Of a DNA stretch of 64,000 nucleotides, positions 10,242 to 21,159 are shown one piece after another. Both the position numbers and the translations under genes were made by a program. Position 1 is the first letter of the stretch; each line of letters begins with the position of its first letter. The notes beneath the pieces are model-generated. The model worked only from the letters and a program-made list of their open reading frames with translations, ran no database searches and was not told the DNA's origin. This stretch comes from a virus (taxonomy: Duplodnaviria; Heunggongvirae; Uroviricota; Caudoviricetes). Where the stretch lies: IMG/VR virus record IMGVR_UViG_3300034283_001314; one strand, given 5' to 3'.

Positions 10242-10550
10242 ATGCCAGCAAAACCAAAAATTAGTAAAGAAGAATACTCATTTTCAGGAACACCCGAATA
10301 CACAATACCAATTCGTAAAGAAACGGAGATGGTCAATGGCCCTAAACATTACGGAGGAGTAGACAATCCATACGAAGTAATTAAAGTATGTGAAGCATGG
10401 GGATTAGACAAGGATGCATACCTATTTAATGTAGCAAAATATATAGCAAGAGCAGGTAAAAAAGACCCTCAAAAAGAACTAGAGGATTTGAAGAAAGCGG
10501 TATTTTATTTAGAAAGAAAGATAAAAAATTTACAAAATGAAACTAATTAA
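10242..10550 (+). CDS. DUF3310 family protein
   Basis: VNGPKHY...NVAKYIARAGKK...EDLKKAVFYL. Confidence 0.8.
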   Translation: MPAKPKISKEEYSFSGTPEYTIPIRKETEMVNGPKHYGGVDNPYEVIKVCEAWGLDKDAYLFNVAKYIARAGKKDPQKELEDLKKAVFYLERKIKNLQNETN

Positions 10551-10785
10551 ATCAGAAAAATTATTAGAATTATTAGAAGGAATAGGTGTTGTTATGCGAA
10601 TAATGGCATTTGGTATGTTATCTATAATGGGAAAGGATACTCCATTCTTTTGGATGTGGGTATGGAATAGTATTGATGCACTAATATTAACTTATTGTGC
10701 ATGGGAAAGAGATAATAGACCTTATATTTTACTCAATATCTTTTGGCTAATCGTTGGAGTCATTGGCATATATAATTCCCTATAA
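10537..10785 (+). CDS. small multi-TM membrane protein
   Basis: three hydrophobic segments. Confidence 0.55.
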   Translation: MKLIKSEKLLELLEGIGVVMRIMAFGMLSIMGKDTPFFWMWVWNSIDALILTYCAWERDNRPYILLNIFWLIVGVIGIYNSL

Positions 10786-10787
10786 TA

Positions 10788-10819
10788 TTTGGTAGTTTCA
10801 AATAATTATCGTATCTTTA
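10788..10819 (+). promoter_or_regulatory. Bacteroidota-type promoter upstream of the replication operon
   Basis: TTTG-N20-TATCTTTA. Confidence 0.55.
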
Positions 10820-10920
10820 TTGTATAGGAATTAAGAAAATCGATATTTATACGTGAGATTAAATCGCGATAATCTTAAAACTTAAAACAAACAATTTTTA
10901 AAACTTAAAACAAAAACAGC

Positions 10921-11778
10921 ATGAACATTAATGCAATCAAGCAACGTCTTAATTCGTTGCAAAACACTTCGAAGAAAACGGACTCATTGTGGAAAACCAA
11001 ACCTGGTAAATACCAAGTTCGTATCGTACCTTACAAATTCAATAAAGAAAATCCTTTCATTGAATTGTTATTTCACTACAACATTAACAACAAAACTTAT
11101 TTGAGTCCAGCTTCTTTTGGAAGACCTGACCCAATTTTAGAGTTCGCAGAGAAACTTAAGAAATTAGGTGATACTGAGAATTGGAAAGCGGGTAAGAAAA
11201 TGGAACCAAAGTTAAGAACATTCGCACCGATTATCGTAAGAGGTCAAGAAAATGAGGGTGTTAAATTTTGGGGATTTGGTAAGACTGTGTATCAAGAAAT
11301 TTTAGCTATCGTAGCTGATCCTGATTACGGTGATATTACTGATGAAACAAATGGTAGAGATATTGTTATTGAAATTGTAGAAGAAGCAGGTAAAACATAT
11401 CCTGAAACTCGAATCAGAGTAAAACCAAATGTATCTTTATTACATGATAATTCTGCAATCGCATCTAAATTATTAGATGAACAAACTGATATTACAGATA
11501 TCTATTCGGAATTATCTTATGCAGAATTAAAGACTGTGTTAGAAAATTGGTTAAATCCAACTGCAGTAGTTGAAGATGAAAACCCAACTCCTTCAGTATC
11601 TCAACAAACATTAGCTCCTCAACCAAAGAAAGTTGAAGAACAATTGGTAAGTAAAGATGCGGCACCTGAAATTGGTGGTACCGGTATCATTAACGATTTA
11701 CCTTGGGATGAAGAAACACCTGCACCAGCACCTAAAGTAGATGTGGCAGCAGCATTTGATGATTTATTTAATTCATAA
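10921..11778 (+). CDS. single-stranded DNA-binding protein (T4 gp32-like)
   Basis: RIVP...WGFGKTVYQEI...DITD...GRDI; acidic tail ending AFDDLFNS. Confidence 0.8.
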   Translation: MNINAIKQRLNSLQNTSKKTDSLWKTKPGKYQVRIVPYKFNKENPFIELLFHYNINNKTYLSPASFGRPDPILEFAEKLKKLGDTENWKAGKKMEPKLRTFAPIIVRGQENEGVKFWGFGKTVYQEILAIVADPDYGDITDETNGRDIVIEIVEEAGKTYPETRIRVKPNVSLLHDNSAIASKLLDEQTDITDIYSELSYAELKTVLENWLNPTAVVEDENPTPSVSQQTLAPQPKKVEEQLVSKDAAPEIGGTGIINDLPWDEETPAPAPKVDVAAAFDDLFNS

Positions 11779-11783
11779 TTATT

Positions 11784-12905
11784 ATGGCTAAAATTGACTT
11801 AGCACAAGAAATAGCCGACAGTTTAAACAAAAAGTGGAAAGACCAAAAGGTTGCCTTCTTTTTGGATGATGATTCTGATGGAGCCCCAACCAATGTACCA
11901 GGTTGGGTTTCCACCGGAACAGCAATGTTAGATGTTGCTATTTCTAATAGACCTTATGGGGGTTTACCCGTAGGAAGAATCACGGAAATTACCGGATTAG
12001 AACAAAGTGGTAAATCACTTTTATCAGCTCACTTATTAGCTGAAACTCAAAAGCAAGGTGGGGTAGCAGTATTGATTGATACCGAAACCGCAGTAAGTAG
12101 AGAATTCTTTGATGCAATTGGAGTAGATGTTTCTAAATTGTTATACGTTTCAGTAGACACAGTTGAAGATATTTTTGAAACAATTGATACAATCATAGAG
12201 AAAGTTCGTAAGGGTGATAAAGATAGATTAGTTACAATCGTAGTCGATTCAGTAGCCGCAGCATCAACTAAAAAGGAGATGGATGCGGATTATGATAAAG
12301 ATGGTTACGCAACTGACAAAGCTATTATCATTTCAAAAGCAATGAGAAAGATTACTAATGTAATTGGTAGACAAAAAATATCAGTTATCTTTACTAATCA
12401 GTTACGACAAAAGTTAGGTGTTATGTTCGGAGATCCTTGGACTACATCAGGTGGTAAAGCATTAGCATTCCACGCTTCGGTTCGTATTCGTTTAAAGAAT
12501 ATGGGACAGATTAAAGCAGGTGAGAGAATCATTGGTATCAAAGTAAGAGCACAGGTTATTAAGAATAGATTAGGACCACCATTACGTTCAGCAGATTTTG
12601 ATATATTCTTTGATAGAGGTATTGATAATTTCGGTGGATGGTTAAAGGTGATGAAAGATAACAAATTAGTTAAGCAAGGTGGGGCATGGTACGAATACAT
12701 TGACACTGATACTGGTGAAGTTATTAAATTCCAATCAAAAGATTTTATTCAGATGATGGGAGTTAGAGATGAATTAAGAGACCAAATTTATAGAAAGATT
12801 TGTGAATCAACAATCTTACAATATAAGAAGGAAGGAATTGATCCGGATGAAATTACATATGATAGTGGTGGTGAAATACCAGAACCAGATATCGAAACAG
12901 AATAA
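11784..12905 (+). CDS. recA: RecA/UvsX recombinase
   Basis: GRITEITGLEQSGKS, IDTE, VVDSVAA, FTNQLR, TTSGGKALAFHASVR. Confidence 0.95.
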   Translation: MAKIDLAQEIADSLNKKWKDQKVAFFLDDDSDGAPTNVPGWVSTGTAMLDVAISNRPYGGLPVGRITEITGLEQSGKSLLSAHLLAETQKQGGVAVLIDTETAVSREFFDAIGVDVSKLLYVSVDTVEDIFETIDTIIEKVRKGDKDRLVTIVVDSVAAASTKKEMDADYDKDGYATDKAIIISKAMRKITNVIGRQKISVIFTNQLRQKLGVMFGDPWTTSGGKALAFHASVRIRLKNMGQIKAGERIIGIKVRAQVIKNRLGPPLRSADFDIFFDRGIDNFGGWLKVMKDNKLVKQGGAWYEYIDTDTGEVIKFQSKDFIQMMGVRDELRDQIYRKICESTILQYKKEGIDPDEITYDSGGEIPEPDIETE

Positions 12906-12911
12906 AGGTTT

Positions 12912-13940
12912 ATGAACGAAACATACAAAAAGTTACTAAACGAGGTAGAGAAAGACCATCAGCAATTAGGAAAAGAAAAGGTATTAATTGTTGATGGTCT
13001 TAATACCTTTATAAGAAGTTGGACAGTAAATCCTACTATGGATGATAACGGAGACCACATTGGTGGTATCGTTGGATTCTTAAAAGGAATTGGGTTTGCT
13101 ATTAGAGAACAAAATGCAACTCGTTGTATTATTGTATTTGATGGTAAAGGTGGTTCTAAAAGTAGAAAGGATTTATTTAGTGGTTACAAAGAGAATAGAG
13201 GTAACAATCGTTTTAGAGTGAATAGAGCATACTCAGATTTGATGAATAAAGAAGAAGAGGGTGTATCTATGAAACGACAAATGATTGGTTTAATCGAACT
13301 GCTAGAGTACCTACCGGTGGAAATAATGTTATACGATAACATTGAAGCAGATGATGTTATGGGCTATATTGCATCACAACTTTTAAAAGAGGATGAATTG
13401 GCAGTTATTATGAGTGCCGATAAAGATTTCCTACAATTAGTAAATGAAAGAGTCACAGTTTATTCCCCAACAAAAAAGAAAGTTTACGATACGAAATTGG
13501 TTTTGGATGAGTATGGTGTTCATCCCTCAAATTTTATGGTTTATCGTACTCTTGATGGTGATAAGTCCGATAACATTGATGGTATTTCTGGGTGTGGGCT
13601 TAAGACTATTGTTAAGAGATTTCCAGAGGTGGTTGAGGAAACAGAACTTACGATAGATAAAATGTTTGAACTATGTGAAGAACGCAGAAGTGAAAACAAA
13701 ATCTATGACAAAATATTAGATGGTAAAAAATTAGTAGAAAGAAATTTTAAACTAATGCAATTATCCGATCCAGATATACCTTCTAATAAGAAATTAACAA
13801 TTAACCAAAAATATTTGGATAATTCAGCAAAATTGGATAAATTAGGATTCATTAAAAAGGCAATGGGAATGCGAACTATTAATTCATTCGGTGATGTTAA
13901 TAGTTGGATTCAAAGTACATTCGCCAAATTACATAAATAA
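12912..13940 (+). CDS. 5'-3' exonuclease / RNase H (T4 rnh, PolI 5'-nuclease family)
   Basis: IVDGLN, VFDG, YKENR, EADD, SADKDF, GDKSDNIDG. Confidence 0.9.
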   Translation: MNETYKKLLNEVEKDHQQLGKEKVLIVDGLNTFIRSWTVNPTMDDNGDHIGGIVGFLKGIGFAIREQNATRCIIVFDGKGGSKSRKDLFSGYKENRGNNRFRVNRAYSDLMNKEEEGVSMKRQMIGLIELLEYLPVEIMLYDNIEADDVMGYIASQLLKEDELAVIMSADKDFLQLVNERVTVYSPTKKKVYDTKLVLDEYGVHPSNFMVYRTLDGDKSDNIDGISGCGLKTIVKRFPEVVEETELTIDKMFELCEERRSENKIYDKILDGKKLVERNFKLMQLSDPDIPSNKKLTINQKYLDNSAKLDKLGFIKKAMGMRTINSFGDVNSWIQSTFAKLHK

Positions 13941-13966
13941 AAAAAATACATGGAGGAAACAAACCT

Positions 13967-14119
13967 ATGAAATGTTTAAAAAGTACAAAGACTGGTAAAA
14001 TTATCAGAGTATCAAACAAAGAAGCTTACAACGCAACAAGTGAATGGAAATTCATTCCTAAGAGTGAATGGAAAGCAGAAGTAAGACCATCTAAAAAAGA
14101 AGAAAAAGAAAGTAAATAA
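13967..14119 (+). CDS. small basic protein (50 aa, not in ORF track)
   Basis: MKCLKSTKTGKIIRVSNKEAYNATSEWKFIPKSEWKAEVRPSKKEEKESK; fills the gap, and its stop overlaps the helicase start (TAATG). Confidence 0.65.
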   Translation: MKCLKSTKTGKIIRVSNKEAYNATSEWKFIPKSEWKAEVRPSKKEEKESK

Positions 14120-15477
14120 TGCAAGCAGTAGACACATTAGAAAAATTTGGACAATCGTACCAATCTAAAGTCATAGCTGCATTATTATCCGACCTACCAT
14201 TTCTTAACCAAGTTTCAGAAATTACTAGTAAGGATTATTTTGAGAGTGAACAGGATAAGTGGATTATTGAATCTATTTTGGATTACCAAAGTAAACAATT
14301 CGCTGCACCTACTCTTGATGTATTCAAAGTAAAGTTATCATCTCTAAGTTCCGAATCACAAAAGAAACAAATCGTAGATAGAATCAAACAAATCTATGAT
14401 GTATTCGGTGCAGAGGATATGGAGTTTGTAAAACAAGAATTCATTAAATTCTCAAAGTTTCAGAAACTAAAAGCCGCAATATTTCAATCAGTAGACCTAA
14501 TCAAATCCGAAAAAAGTTGGGATGAGATAGGAGTTGTAGTTCAGAACGCATTAAGGGCGGGAATGGAAAACAATTTAGGACATGATTACTATAAGGATAT
14601 TGCAATGAGAATGGAAGTTACAAAGAGAAGTTCAGTACCAACTGGATGGAAACCTATCAATGAATTAATGGATGGAGGTTTAGGACCAGGTGAATTGGGA
14701 GTAATTGTAGCACCGAGTGGTGTGGGTAAGACTTGGGTATTGTGCAAAATTGCAGCCGATGCGGTAAGAGCAGGTTACAATGTGATGCATTATACTTTAG
14801 AGCTATCCGAAATCTATGCGGGAACAAGATACGACACTATTATGACTGGTATTCCATCTAACGAATTAAGAGATAGAAAGGAAGAAGTTGTAGCTAAACT
14901 TAAAAACCACAAAGCAAATCTAATGGTGAAATATTATCCACCGAGAGGAGCAAGTACTAAAACAATCAAAGCACATTTAGATAAGTACAAAGGATTTGGA
15001 TTTAAACCAGATTTAATTATCATAGATTATGCGGATTTATTAAAGCCGGTAAACAAAAGAGATAGTACATACGCAGAATTAGGTGGTGTGTATGAAGAAA
15101 TTAGAGGATTGAGTGGTGAGTTAGGTGTTCCAATTTGGACAGCATCACAAACAAATCGTTCAGCAATTGATTTCGAAGTTATTCAAGCTGATTCAATTGC
15201 CGATTCTTATGCAAAAGTAATGACAGCAGATTTCATTATGAGTGTAAGTAGAAAAGCAAAAGATAAATTAAGTAACACAGCAAGGTTTCACGTTATGAAA
15301 AATCGTTTTGGAGCAGATGGATTAACATTCCCTGCGAAAATGGATACTATGGTTGGATTGATAGATGTATTTGAACCACAATCATCGGATGGTGTGATGG
15401 CCCAAAAGGAATCTAATAATGGAAGTAACTTAGAAAAGAAACTTTTGCATAAAAAATATATTGAAAATATGGGTTAA
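14119..15477 (+). CDS. replicative DnaB-like helicase (T4 gp41)
   Basis: APSGVGKT Walker A, YTLE, IIIDYADLL, TASQTNR, KNRFG. Confidence 0.9.
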   Translation: MQAVDTLEKFGQSYQSKVIAALLSDLPFLNQVSEITSKDYFESEQDKWIIESILDYQSKQFAAPTLDVFKVKLSSLSSESQKKQIVDRIKQIYDVFGAEDMEFVKQEFIKFSKFQKLKAAIFQSVDLIKSEKSWDEIGVVVQNALRAGMENNLGHDYYKDIAMRMEVTKRSSVPTGWKPINELMDGGLGPGELGVIVAPSGVGKTWVLCKIAADAVRAGYNVMHYTLELSEIYAGTRYDTIMTGIPSNELRDRKEEVVAKLKNHKANLMVKYYPPRGASTKTIKAHLDKYKGFGFKPDLIIIDYADLLKPVNKRDSTYAELGGVYEEIRGLSGELGVPIWTASQTNRSAIDFEVIQADSIADSYAKVMTADFIMSVSRKAKDKLSNTARFHVMKNRFGADGLTFPAKMDTMVGLIDVFEPQSSDGVMAQKESNNGSNLEKKLLHKKYIENMG

Positions 15478-15633
15478 TAAGTATAAAACAATGTGAAAAA
15501 AAATATGAAAAAAAGTAGGTTTTTTTTATCCAAAATTGGTATCTATATATGAATATACCGATAGTTATAATTACTTTTCACACTTTTATCGAAAAAAGTT
15601 TTATTTATTAATCTTACAAAAAATTACAAAAAA

Positions 15634-17490
15634 ATGGACATTTCACAAAGAATCCTTTCGGACATTACGGTGTATATGAAATACGCAAAATATCAACCGG
15701 AATTAAAAAGGAGAGAAACATGGGACGAATTGGTTACTAGAAATATGAATATGCATATTAAAACGTATCCAAATTTAGAGCAAGAAATTAGAGAAACGTA
15801 TAAATTCGTTTATGACAAGAAAGTTTTACCATCAATGCGTTCAATGCAGTTCGCCGGTAAACCAATTGAAATGTCACCAAATAGAATCTACAATTGTGCA
15901 TTTGCACCGATTGATGATTGGAGAGTATTTTCAGAAATTATGTTCCTACTTTTAGGTGGAACAGGTGTAGGATATTCAGTACAAAAACATCATGTAGATG
16001 CATTGCCTGAAATTAGAAAACCAAATGCAGACAAAACTCGTAGATTTCTTATTGGAGATTCTATCGAAGGATGGGCGGATTCAATTTCAGTATTAGTAAA
16101 ATCATATTTCTTTGGTGGTTCAAAGCCAGTATTTGATTTTAGAGATATTAGAGCTAAAGGTGCTCGTTTAATTACAAGTGGTGGTAAAGCACCAGGACCT
16201 CAACCCCTAAAAGAATGTTTGATTAAGATTGAAGGTATCTTAGATTCAAAGAAAGATGGTGATAAATTAAAACCAATTGAAGTTCATGATATTGTGTGCC
16301 ATATTGCAGATGCAGTATTGGCAGGTGGTATCCGTAGAGCAGCATTGATTTCTTTGTTCTCTGCAAATGACGAACAAATGATTAGTTGTAAGAGTGGTGC
16401 ATGGTGGGAAACAAATCCACAAAGAGGTAGAGCAAATAACTCAGCAGTATTAATGAGACATAAAATTGACAAATCGTATTTTATGGACTTATGGAAAAGA
16501 ATTGAAGCAAGTGGAGCAGGTGAGCCTGGTATCTACTTATCAAACGACAAAGATTGGGGAACTAACCCATGTTGTGAAATTGCATTAAGACCTTTCCAAT
16601 TTTGTAACTTATGTGAAGTGAATGTAAGTGATGTAATTGACCAGGATGATTTAAATGCAAGAGTAAAAGCAGCATCATTCATCGGAACATTACAAGCAGG
16701 TTATACTGATTTCCACTATCTTCGTCCAATCTGGCAAAGAACAACTGAAAAAGATGCACTTATTGGTGTATCTATGACAGGTATCGGAAGTGGTGCAGTT
16801 TTGAAAATGAATATGAAAGAAGCGGCAAAAGTTGTAAAAGAGGAAAATAAAAGAGTAGCAGATATCTTAGGTATCAATCATTCAGCAAGAACTACAACGG
16901 TTAAACCAGCAGGAACAACCTCATTAACATTAGGTACAAGTAGTGGTATTCACGCTTGGCATAATGATTACTATATTCGTAGAGTAAGAGTAGGTAAGAA
17001 CGAATCAATCTACAATTATTTATTATTAAATCATCCTGAATTAGTAGAAGATGAATACTTTAGACCACATGATACTGCGGTAATTGGTATTCCACAAAAA
17101 GCACCATCGGATGCAATCTTTAGAACTGAATCTCCAATTCAATTATTAGAGAGAGTTAAAAGAGTTCATAGTGAGTGGATTAAACCAGGTCACAGAAACG
17201 GAAACAATTCACACAATGTATCTGCAACGGTTTCTATTAGAGAACATGAGTGGATTGCAGTTGGTGAGTGGATGTGGGAAAATAAAGAATATTACAACGG
17301 ACTTTCAGTATTACCTTACGATGGTGGAACTTACATTCAAGCACCATTTGAAGATTGTACAAAAGAAAAGTATGAAGAATTAATGAAAGTTCTGCATGAT
17401 GTAGATTTATCACAAGTGATTGAGTTAGAAGATAACACAGATTTAAGTGGTGAAGTAGCATGTGCAGGAGGTGCTTGTGAAGTTAAATAA
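15634..17490 (+). CDS. nrdJ: class II (B12-dependent) ribonucleotide reductase
   Basis: YNCAF, TNPCCEI, FCNL, VKPAGT and C-terminal ACAGGACEVK. Confidence 0.9.
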   Translation: MDISQRILSDITVYMKYAKYQPELKRRETWDELVTRNMNMHIKTYPNLEQEIRETYKFVYDKKVLPSMRSMQFAGKPIEMSPNRIYNCAFAPIDDWRVFSEIMFLLLGGTGVGYSVQKHHVDALPEIRKPNADKTRRFLIGDSIEGWADSISVLVKSYFFGGSKPVFDFRDIRAKGARLITSGGKAPGPQPLKECLIKIEGILDSKKDGDKLKPIEVHDIVCHIADAVLAGGIRRAALISLFSANDEQMISCKSGAWWETNPQRGRANNSAVLMRHKIDKSYFMDLWKRIEASGAGEPGIYLSNDKDWGTNPCCEIALRPFQFCNLCEVNVSDVIDQDDLNARVKAASFIGTLQAGYTDFHYLRPIWQRTTEKDALIGVSMTGIGSGAVLKMNMKEAAKVVKEENKRVADILGINHSARTTTVKPAGTTSLTLGTSSGIHAWHNDYYIRRVRVGKNESIYNYLLLNHPELVEDEYFRPHDTAVIGIPQKAPSDAIFRTESPIQLLERVKRVHSEWIKPGHRNGNNSHNVSATVSIREHEWIAVGEWMWENKEYYNGLSVLPYDGGTYIQAPFEDCTKEKYEELMKVLHDVDLSQVIELEDNTDLSGEVACAGGACEVK

Positions 17491-17668
17491 AGATGATAAG
17501 GAATTATATTATTTGGAAAATGGTAAAGTGGTGTTCACTCCTGAGTATCACCTTCAACGAGGTGATTGCTGTGGGAGTGGGTGCCGCCATTGTCCATATA
17601 TTCCAGTTGGTATAAAAGGAAATAAACAAATAAAAACAAAAGAAAATGGTAGTAGTGAAGAAATTTAG
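17462..17668 (+). CDS. small Cys-rich protein (DUF5522-like); start uncertain, GTG 17477 possible
   Basis: YHLQRGDCCGSGCRHCPY. Confidence 0.7.
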   Translation: MQEVLVKLNKDDKELYYLENGKVVFTPEYHLQRGDCCGSGCRHCPYIPVGIKGNKQIKTKENGSSEEI

Positions 17669-17918
17669 TGCAACATGGTGTGGACCGTGTAGAGCATTAG
17701 CACCGGTTATGGGGCAAATTAAAGAAAGTTATGTTGGTAATTCAAATGTAGTATTTGAAGAATATGATGTAGATGTATATAACGAAGAAACTCAAAAATA
17801 TGCAGTAACATCAGTTCCAACAATCATCATTGAAAAAGATGGTGAAGTAGTAGAACGTTTTACTGGGTTAAGTTCTAAGATAGCATATGTAAATGCTATA
17901 AATGAATCCTTAAAATAG
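17646..17918 (+). CDS. trxA: thioredoxin
   Basis: FSATWCGPC and SVPT. Confidence 0.9.
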   Translation: MVVVKKFSATWCGPCRALAPVMGQIKESYVGNSNVVFEEYDVDVYNEETQKYAVTSVPTIIIEKDGEVVERFTGLSSKIAYVNAINESLK

Positions 17919-17955
17919 TTGGATTTATCAAATAAGTTTCGTAAATTAGAGTTAT

Positions 17956-19188
17956 ATGTATTTAGATTATTTTGATCAATTTAAGAATATGTCTCCATAT
18001 CTGTATATTAACGCAGAACAATGGAATCATATCAAAGAAACTTATAGTAAAGAAGATGTGTGTGAGTCCTTAGCTAAAATAGCTATGGACTACCCACTTC
18101 CATATCAAGAAATTAGTGAAGAAGATGCAAGAAAAGAATATCTAGCATTGAAAGCAACTAGATGGAATGAATTACTTAGAGATGATGAGTGGTTTATCCG
18201 TAAAGCGGGTGATAGTAAATTCGGATTAGGATTTGAAGATAAGCAATTATATTTTAGACGAGTTAATACTGGAAACCAAGCATCAAATTATTTCCAACAA
18301 GCTAATAGATGGGGTGTAGATGGAACGGTATCACCAGGTCCTGATAGAACTTGGAGAACCTATGAGTTTATGTATACCTTAATGGGTGCAATGTATACTT
18401 TAAAGTTTGATGAAGTAAATAGAGGAAGTTTAAGAGTAGCATTATCACTTCGTAAATATATTTGTTCTCAGTTCAAACCAAATGTAGCAAAAGCATTATA
18501 CGATTATTTCAAAGCAGAGACCGTATTAGATTTTGCAGCAGGATGGGGTGATAGATTATGTGGTTTCTATGCAAGTGAATATGGTAAACATTATGTTGGT
18601 ATAGATCCTCGTAAAGAAAACCATCCAATTTATAGACAACAGGCAGACTTCTACGAAAAGAATAATGGATTTTTTGAAATTGAAAAACAATCTACTTTTG
18701 TGGAGAGTCCTGCGGAAGATTTTGATTACGAAGGATATGATGAATACTTTGATATTGCATTTACAAGTCCACCTTACTTTAGTGTAGAACGATATTCATA
18801 TGATGATACTCAAAGTTGGATTAGATATAAAACAATTGATGAGTGGAATGAATTATTTTTACACAGAGCATTGGGAAAGATTTGGAAAACTCTTAAAAAG
18901 GGTGGAACATTGATTGTAAATATTGCAGATGTTTATGCAAGTTCAAAAGGAACGGATAAAGGGTATAGAGCAATCACTACTCCTATGAACGAATTCTTGG
19001 AGAAACAAGAGGGGGCAGAATACTTAGGATGTATGGGTATGGAAATGGCAAAAAGACCTGGTTCTGCAGGTGCAGGAGCAATAATAGAGGGTGATGAGGA
19101 TAGATACACCGAAGAAGCATTAGAAAAAGCAAGAGAAGCAGCTGATAAAACATTTTGTGAACCAATGTGGGTATGGCGAAAAAACTAA
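17956..19188 (+). CDS. amino (m6A/m4C) DNA methyltransferase-like protein
   Basis: LDFAAGWGDRL SAM-binding motif; FTSPPYF catalytic motif. Confidence 0.75.
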   Translation: MYLDYFDQFKNMSPYLYINAEQWNHIKETYSKEDVCESLAKIAMDYPLPYQEISEEDARKEYLALKATRWNELLRDDEWFIRKAGDSKFGLGFEDKQLYFRRVNTGNQASNYFQQANRWGVDGTVSPGPDRTWRTYEFMYTLMGAMYTLKFDEVNRGSLRVALSLRKYICSQFKPNVAKALYDYFKAETVLDFAAGWGDRLCGFYASEYGKHYVGIDPRKENHPIYRQQADFYEKNNGFFEIEKQSTFVESPAEDFDYEGYDEYFDIAFTSPPYFSVERYSYDDTQSWIRYKTIDEWNELFLHRALGKIWKTLKKGGTLIVNIADVYASSKGTDKGYRAITTPMNEFLEKQEGAEYLGCMGMEMAKRPGSAGAGAIIEGDEDRYTEEALEKAREAADKTFCEPMWVWRKN

Positions 19189-19925
19189 AAGTATTATACA
19201 CAAACGGAGATTCAGTTAGTTGGGGTTCAGAATTAAAGGACAGAACTAATAGATTCTCTACATTAATAGCCAAAGAAAAAGATTTGGTAGATTTTAATGT
19301 AGCTAGTAGTGGTATATCTAATGATAGAATTTTTAGAAATACTATGAGAGATGTTTGTAAATTCTTAAATGGTGAACCAATATACAATGAAGAATTAGGT
19401 TATGTTAAAGTAGATGAAATGTTTGTTTTACTTTCATTTACTGCACCGACTAGATTTGATTATTTTGATGGTGAGGTTTTTATTAGAGAACATTTGTGGT
19501 CAGATAAAGATAAATGGGGTAGAACTGATGCAAATAAACAAAATGATAATAAATATGTTATAAATCATTCACATTTAGCACCTTCTTTCGTTAGAATATT
19601 TCAACAAATAATATCCCTAACAAGTTTTCTTAAATCAAATAATATTCCGTATCTTTGTATAAATGCATTCTTTGAATATAATATTGCTGAGATAGCAGAT
19701 GTAAACAAAAATATAAATGCTGATAAAGTATCTAATCAGTTTGATGATATTGAAGATTATTTTGGTTTATTAGATTTATATAAACATATTCCACAATCAT
19801 TTAAGGATATAAACTTAACAACGTATTTAAAAGAGTTCAATGATGTAGATATGTTTGAAGAAAGAGGACATCCATCACCAAAAGGACACAGAGCAATAGC
19901 AGAATTATTAAAAAATAAAATTTAA
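19167..19925 (+). CDS. SGNH/GDSL-like hydrolase or acyltransferase
   Basis: NGDSVSWG, GISNDRI, GHPSPKGH. Confidence 0.65.
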   Translation: MGMAKKLKVLYTNGDSVSWGSELKDRTNRFSTLIAKEKDLVDFNVASSGISNDRIFRNTMRDVCKFLNGEPIYNEELGYVKVDEMFVLLSFTAPTRFDYFDGEVFIREHLWSDKDKWGRTDANKQNDNKYVINHSHLAPSFVRIFQQIISLTSFLKSNNIPYLCINAFFEYNIAEIADVNKNINADKVSNQFDDIEDYFGLLDLYKHIPQSFKDINLTTYLKEFNDVDMFEERGHPSPKGHRAIAELLKNKI

Positions 19926-19928
19926 AAA

Positions 19929-21053
19929 ATGTTACCAAAAGAGAATTACAGATTATATAGTCCAGCACATGGTGGAGAATTTCCAGTTGAGAAATACCTA
20001 TCAGAAAAGACAGGACATTCAGTTAATTGTGTTTACTATGGTAGTGGTGTTGTGTTCGATACGAAAGTAATTGAATATTTAAAAAATAATGGAGCAAAAT
20101 CTATTTATGAAAAAAGACATTACTATGAACCTGATACATTTTCTGTTACTGAAATGTTTGAATTACAAATAGGTGAACACGTAGCGGTAATTGGTTTTTC
20201 AAATAGAGCAGATGATGATTATCCTGGTGAAGAACCAGATGAAGAAAAAATATCAAAGTTAAAATCAGCACCTTTAAAGGGATGGATTACTACTACATCA
20301 CCTATTGATGATGTGTTCAAACGATTACCTGAACTATCAACTTTTACAAAGAAAGATATGAAAGGACAAATTCATTTATTAAAATCAACATCATATGGGT
20401 TTGAAACTGAAGCATTTGATTTGGGTAAACCAATAATTGATTTAGATTTAAATTACGGAACTGATTTTAGTAAGATGCATACAAATATTGTTGAAACTAT
20501 TCAAGGTAAAAACGATAACAAAGCTAAATTAGTATTGTTACACGGATTGCCAGGAACAGGAAAGACAACTTATTTGAAATACTTAGCACATGAATTGGGA
20601 AAGAAAGTTTTATTCTTACCACCAATTATGGCAGAGAGTATTGTTAATCCAGATTTTGTTCCTTTCTTAATGGAGAACAAAGATTGTGTTTTGATTATTG
20701 AAGATGCTGAGAAAGTAATCGGAGATAGAAATAATAGTGGTAGTTCAGTTGGAGTTTCTAATCTATTGAACTTAAGTGATGGTATTTTAGGTGATATTTT
20801 AAACATACATGTAATTGCTACTTTTAATATGGATAAAGAAAAGATTGATAGTGCATTATTAAGAAAGGGTAGATTGATTGCAGAACATAAATTTGGTAAG
20901 TTAAGTTTAGAAGATACACAAACTTTACTAAAGAAATTGAATAAACAAACTGAAACAACCGAAGGATTGACATTAGCTGAGATTTATAACATAGATAATC
21001 AGCAAGACAAATCAGAGGAAGATAGACCTACAATTGGGTTTAAAAGATATTAA
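19929..21053 (+). CDS. AAA+ ATPase
   Basis: LHGLPGTGKT, IIEDAE, LLNLSDG, IDSALLRKGR. Confidence 0.85.
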   Translation: MLPKENYRLYSPAHGGEFPVEKYLSEKTGHSVNCVYYGSGVVFDTKVIEYLKNNGAKSIYEKRHYYEPDTFSVTEMFELQIGEHVAVIGFSNRADDDYPGEEPDEEKISKLKSAPLKGWITTTSPIDDVFKRLPELSTFTKKDMKGQIHLLKSTSYGFETEAFDLGKPIIDLDLNYGTDFSKMHTNIVETIQGKNDNKAKLVLLHGLPGTGKTTYLKYLAHELGKKVLFLPPIMAESIVNPDFVPFLMENKDCVLIIEDAEKVIGDRNNSGSSVGVSNLLNLSDGILGDILNIHVIATFNMDKEKIDSALLRKGRLIAEHKFGKLSLEDTQTLLKKLNKQTETTEGLTLAEIYNIDNQQDKSEEDRPTIGFKRY

Positions 21054-21103
21054 TATTTATAAAAGGTTGATAATCAACAAGTTATAAAAAAATACCTTAA
21101 ATA

Positions 21104-21135
21104 TTTGGTAAATTAAGATAATTGTTGTATCTTTG
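21104..21135 (+). promoter_or_regulatory. Bacteroidota sigma-A-type promoter for tmRNA
   Basis: exact TTTG-N20-TATCTTTG (-33/-7 consensus). Confidence 0.7.
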
Positions 21136-21159
21136 TTAAAGAGAGTTCATTGAAATATT

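Noticed and set aside
13950-13970. Six-codon ORF MEETNL containing GGAGG
   Set aside because: Too short to support; GGAGG may be a chance match or an RBS for the 13967 ORF.
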